From: Pyrinomonadaceae bacterium
GTDB lineage: Bacteria > Acidobacteriota > Blastocatellia > Pyrinomonadales > Pyrinomonadaceae
DNA length: 24,000 nucleotides
NCBI GenBank assembly: GCA_036389255.1
Contig: DASVQI010000006.1
Span: forward strand, 260,852 to 284,851
Reading direction: 5' to 3'
The notes below the pieces were generated by a model, which worked only from the letters and a program-made list of their open reading frames with translations, ran no database searches and had not been told where the DNA came from. This document shows, piece by piece, positions 23,359-24,000 of this stretch. How positions within the stretch are numbered: the stretch's first letter is position 1; each line of letters starts with the position of its first letter. A program made the translations under genes and the position numbers.

Positions 23359-24000
23359 GTGACTAGCTGTTACAGCATTTTCGCGGAATGTGTGAAGGCT
23401 ATACATGATGGAGAACTCATCCAGTCCGTCAGTGCAAAGGACAAAGAGTTTCACTTCCAGAATTGGTTTCAAGATCGGCTCGTAAAGCTCAAAATTGATT
23501 TCGATGCACCAGGGCGCAATACCTATCCTGACTTTCGGCTAGTTCATCAGCCAGAAGGCTATGAGATAAAGGGGCTGGCCTGGCCGGGAAGGGAGAAGGA
23601 TTATGATGCAAATAGCCAGGTGCCTTCCGGCCTCCACAACGGGCGAACTATCTTTTACGTTTTTGGACGCTACCCGGCCGCCCAAGCCGGTGAAAAGGAG
23701 TATCCGGTTGTTGACCTAGTTATTTGTCATGGTGATTTTCTGAATGCCACGCGTGATTACGTTCATAAAAACAAGAGCATTAAAGGGTTCGGTAGCTACG
23801 GCGATATAATGATTCGAGACAGGAAGATGTATGTGGCTCCAACCCCCTTTGCTTTAACTAAAGGTACGACGGGAACCCAGACGCTTATACTGCCGAGCGA
23901 CTTTCAACCGGATAAAAGGTTTGAAGAAGTCGGCAGACTTACAAGAACTGAATGTGCGGAGCTTGTTGTCGGTTATACCTTTGATTTGCGAAAAAACACT
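23359..24000 (+). CDS. PD-(D/E)xK restriction-endonuclease-like protein, 5' partial (214 codons, open at the right edge)
   Basis: Not in the ORF track because no stop is reached. AGGAG lies 5 nt before GTG 23359. My hand translation is stop-free to 24000: VTSCYSIFAECVKAIHDGELIQS...GRNTYPDFRLVHQPEGYEIKGLAW... It contains a textbook P-D...E-x-K motif. Confidence 0.6.
   Translation, partial: MTSCYSIFAECVKAIHDGELIQSVSAKDKEFHFQNWFQDRLVKLKIDFDAPGRNTYPDFRLVHQPEGYEIKGLAWPGREKDYDANSQVPSGLHNGRTIFYVFGRYPAAQAGEKEYPVVDLVICHGDFLNATRDYVHKNKSIKGFGSYGDIMIRDRKMYVAPTPFALTKGTTGTQTLILPSDFQPDKRFEEVGRLTRTECAELVVGYTFDLRKNT

Larger units (their letters stand above)
4543..24000. mobile_element. tRNA-associated integrative genomic island (defence island); left junction is in the window, right end lies beyond it
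   Basis: GC content drops abruptly after tadA and the tRNA fragment. An integrase and an excisionase sit immediately inside the junction. A second integrase relic follows, and the cargo is almost entirely defence-type genes. Hand-counted GC of four sampled lines per block: about 66% (1-4.1 kb), 43% (4.1-7.6 kb), 56% (7.6-18.3 kb), 43% (18.3-24 kb). Confidence 0.7.

Noticed and set aside
1-24000. CRISPR arrays, rRNA, intact IS elements or transposase genes
   Set aside because: I found no regularly spaced direct repeats, no rRNA-like sequence and no transposase motif (DDE or HUH) on either strand. The only recombinases are the two tyrosine-recombinase sequences reported.

Overview
The window has two parts. 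Bases 1 to about 4100 are GC-rich core chromosome, about 66% GC by hand count of four sampled 60-nt lines. This part carries hutU (partial, minus strand, open at the left edge), a small zinc-ribbon protein, hutH, a DUF2270-type membrane protein and tadA. At 4499-4542 there is only the 5' half of a tRNA-Ser(CGA)-like gene. From there to the right edge the DNA is lower in GC and compositionally mosaic, and reads as an integrative genomic island packed with defence-type genes. In order it holds a tyrosine integrase, an excisionase-like HTH and an XRE/YiaG-like regulator, followed by a relic of a second integrase. Next comes (i) an uncharacterised, tightly coupled four-gene operon: a SpoIIAB-like GHKL ATPase, a STAS-like/DUF4325 protein fused to a winged helix, a small protein, and a Cys-rich 366-aa protein. 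Then (ii) a QatABCD-type system (KAP P-loop ATPase, QatB, QueC-like QatC, TatD-like QatD) whose ATPase gene is broken into two frames. Then (iii) a 953-aa HD-phosphohydrolase/Hsp90-like GHKL fusion starting 5 nt after qatD. Then (iv) a zinc-ribbon protein overlapping an Abi_C/HEPN-like protein. Then (v) a cluster of an unknown protein, a PD-(D/E)xK nuclease-like protein and a DUF4062-TPR protein. Finally (vi) the 5' part of another PD-(D/E)xK restriction-endonuclease-like gene runs off the right edge. I saw no rRNA, CRISPR array or intact IS element. The best candidates for an undescribed system are operon (i), the HD-GHKL gene appended to Qat, and cluster (v). All domain calls come from motif recognition by eye. 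No database search was run.
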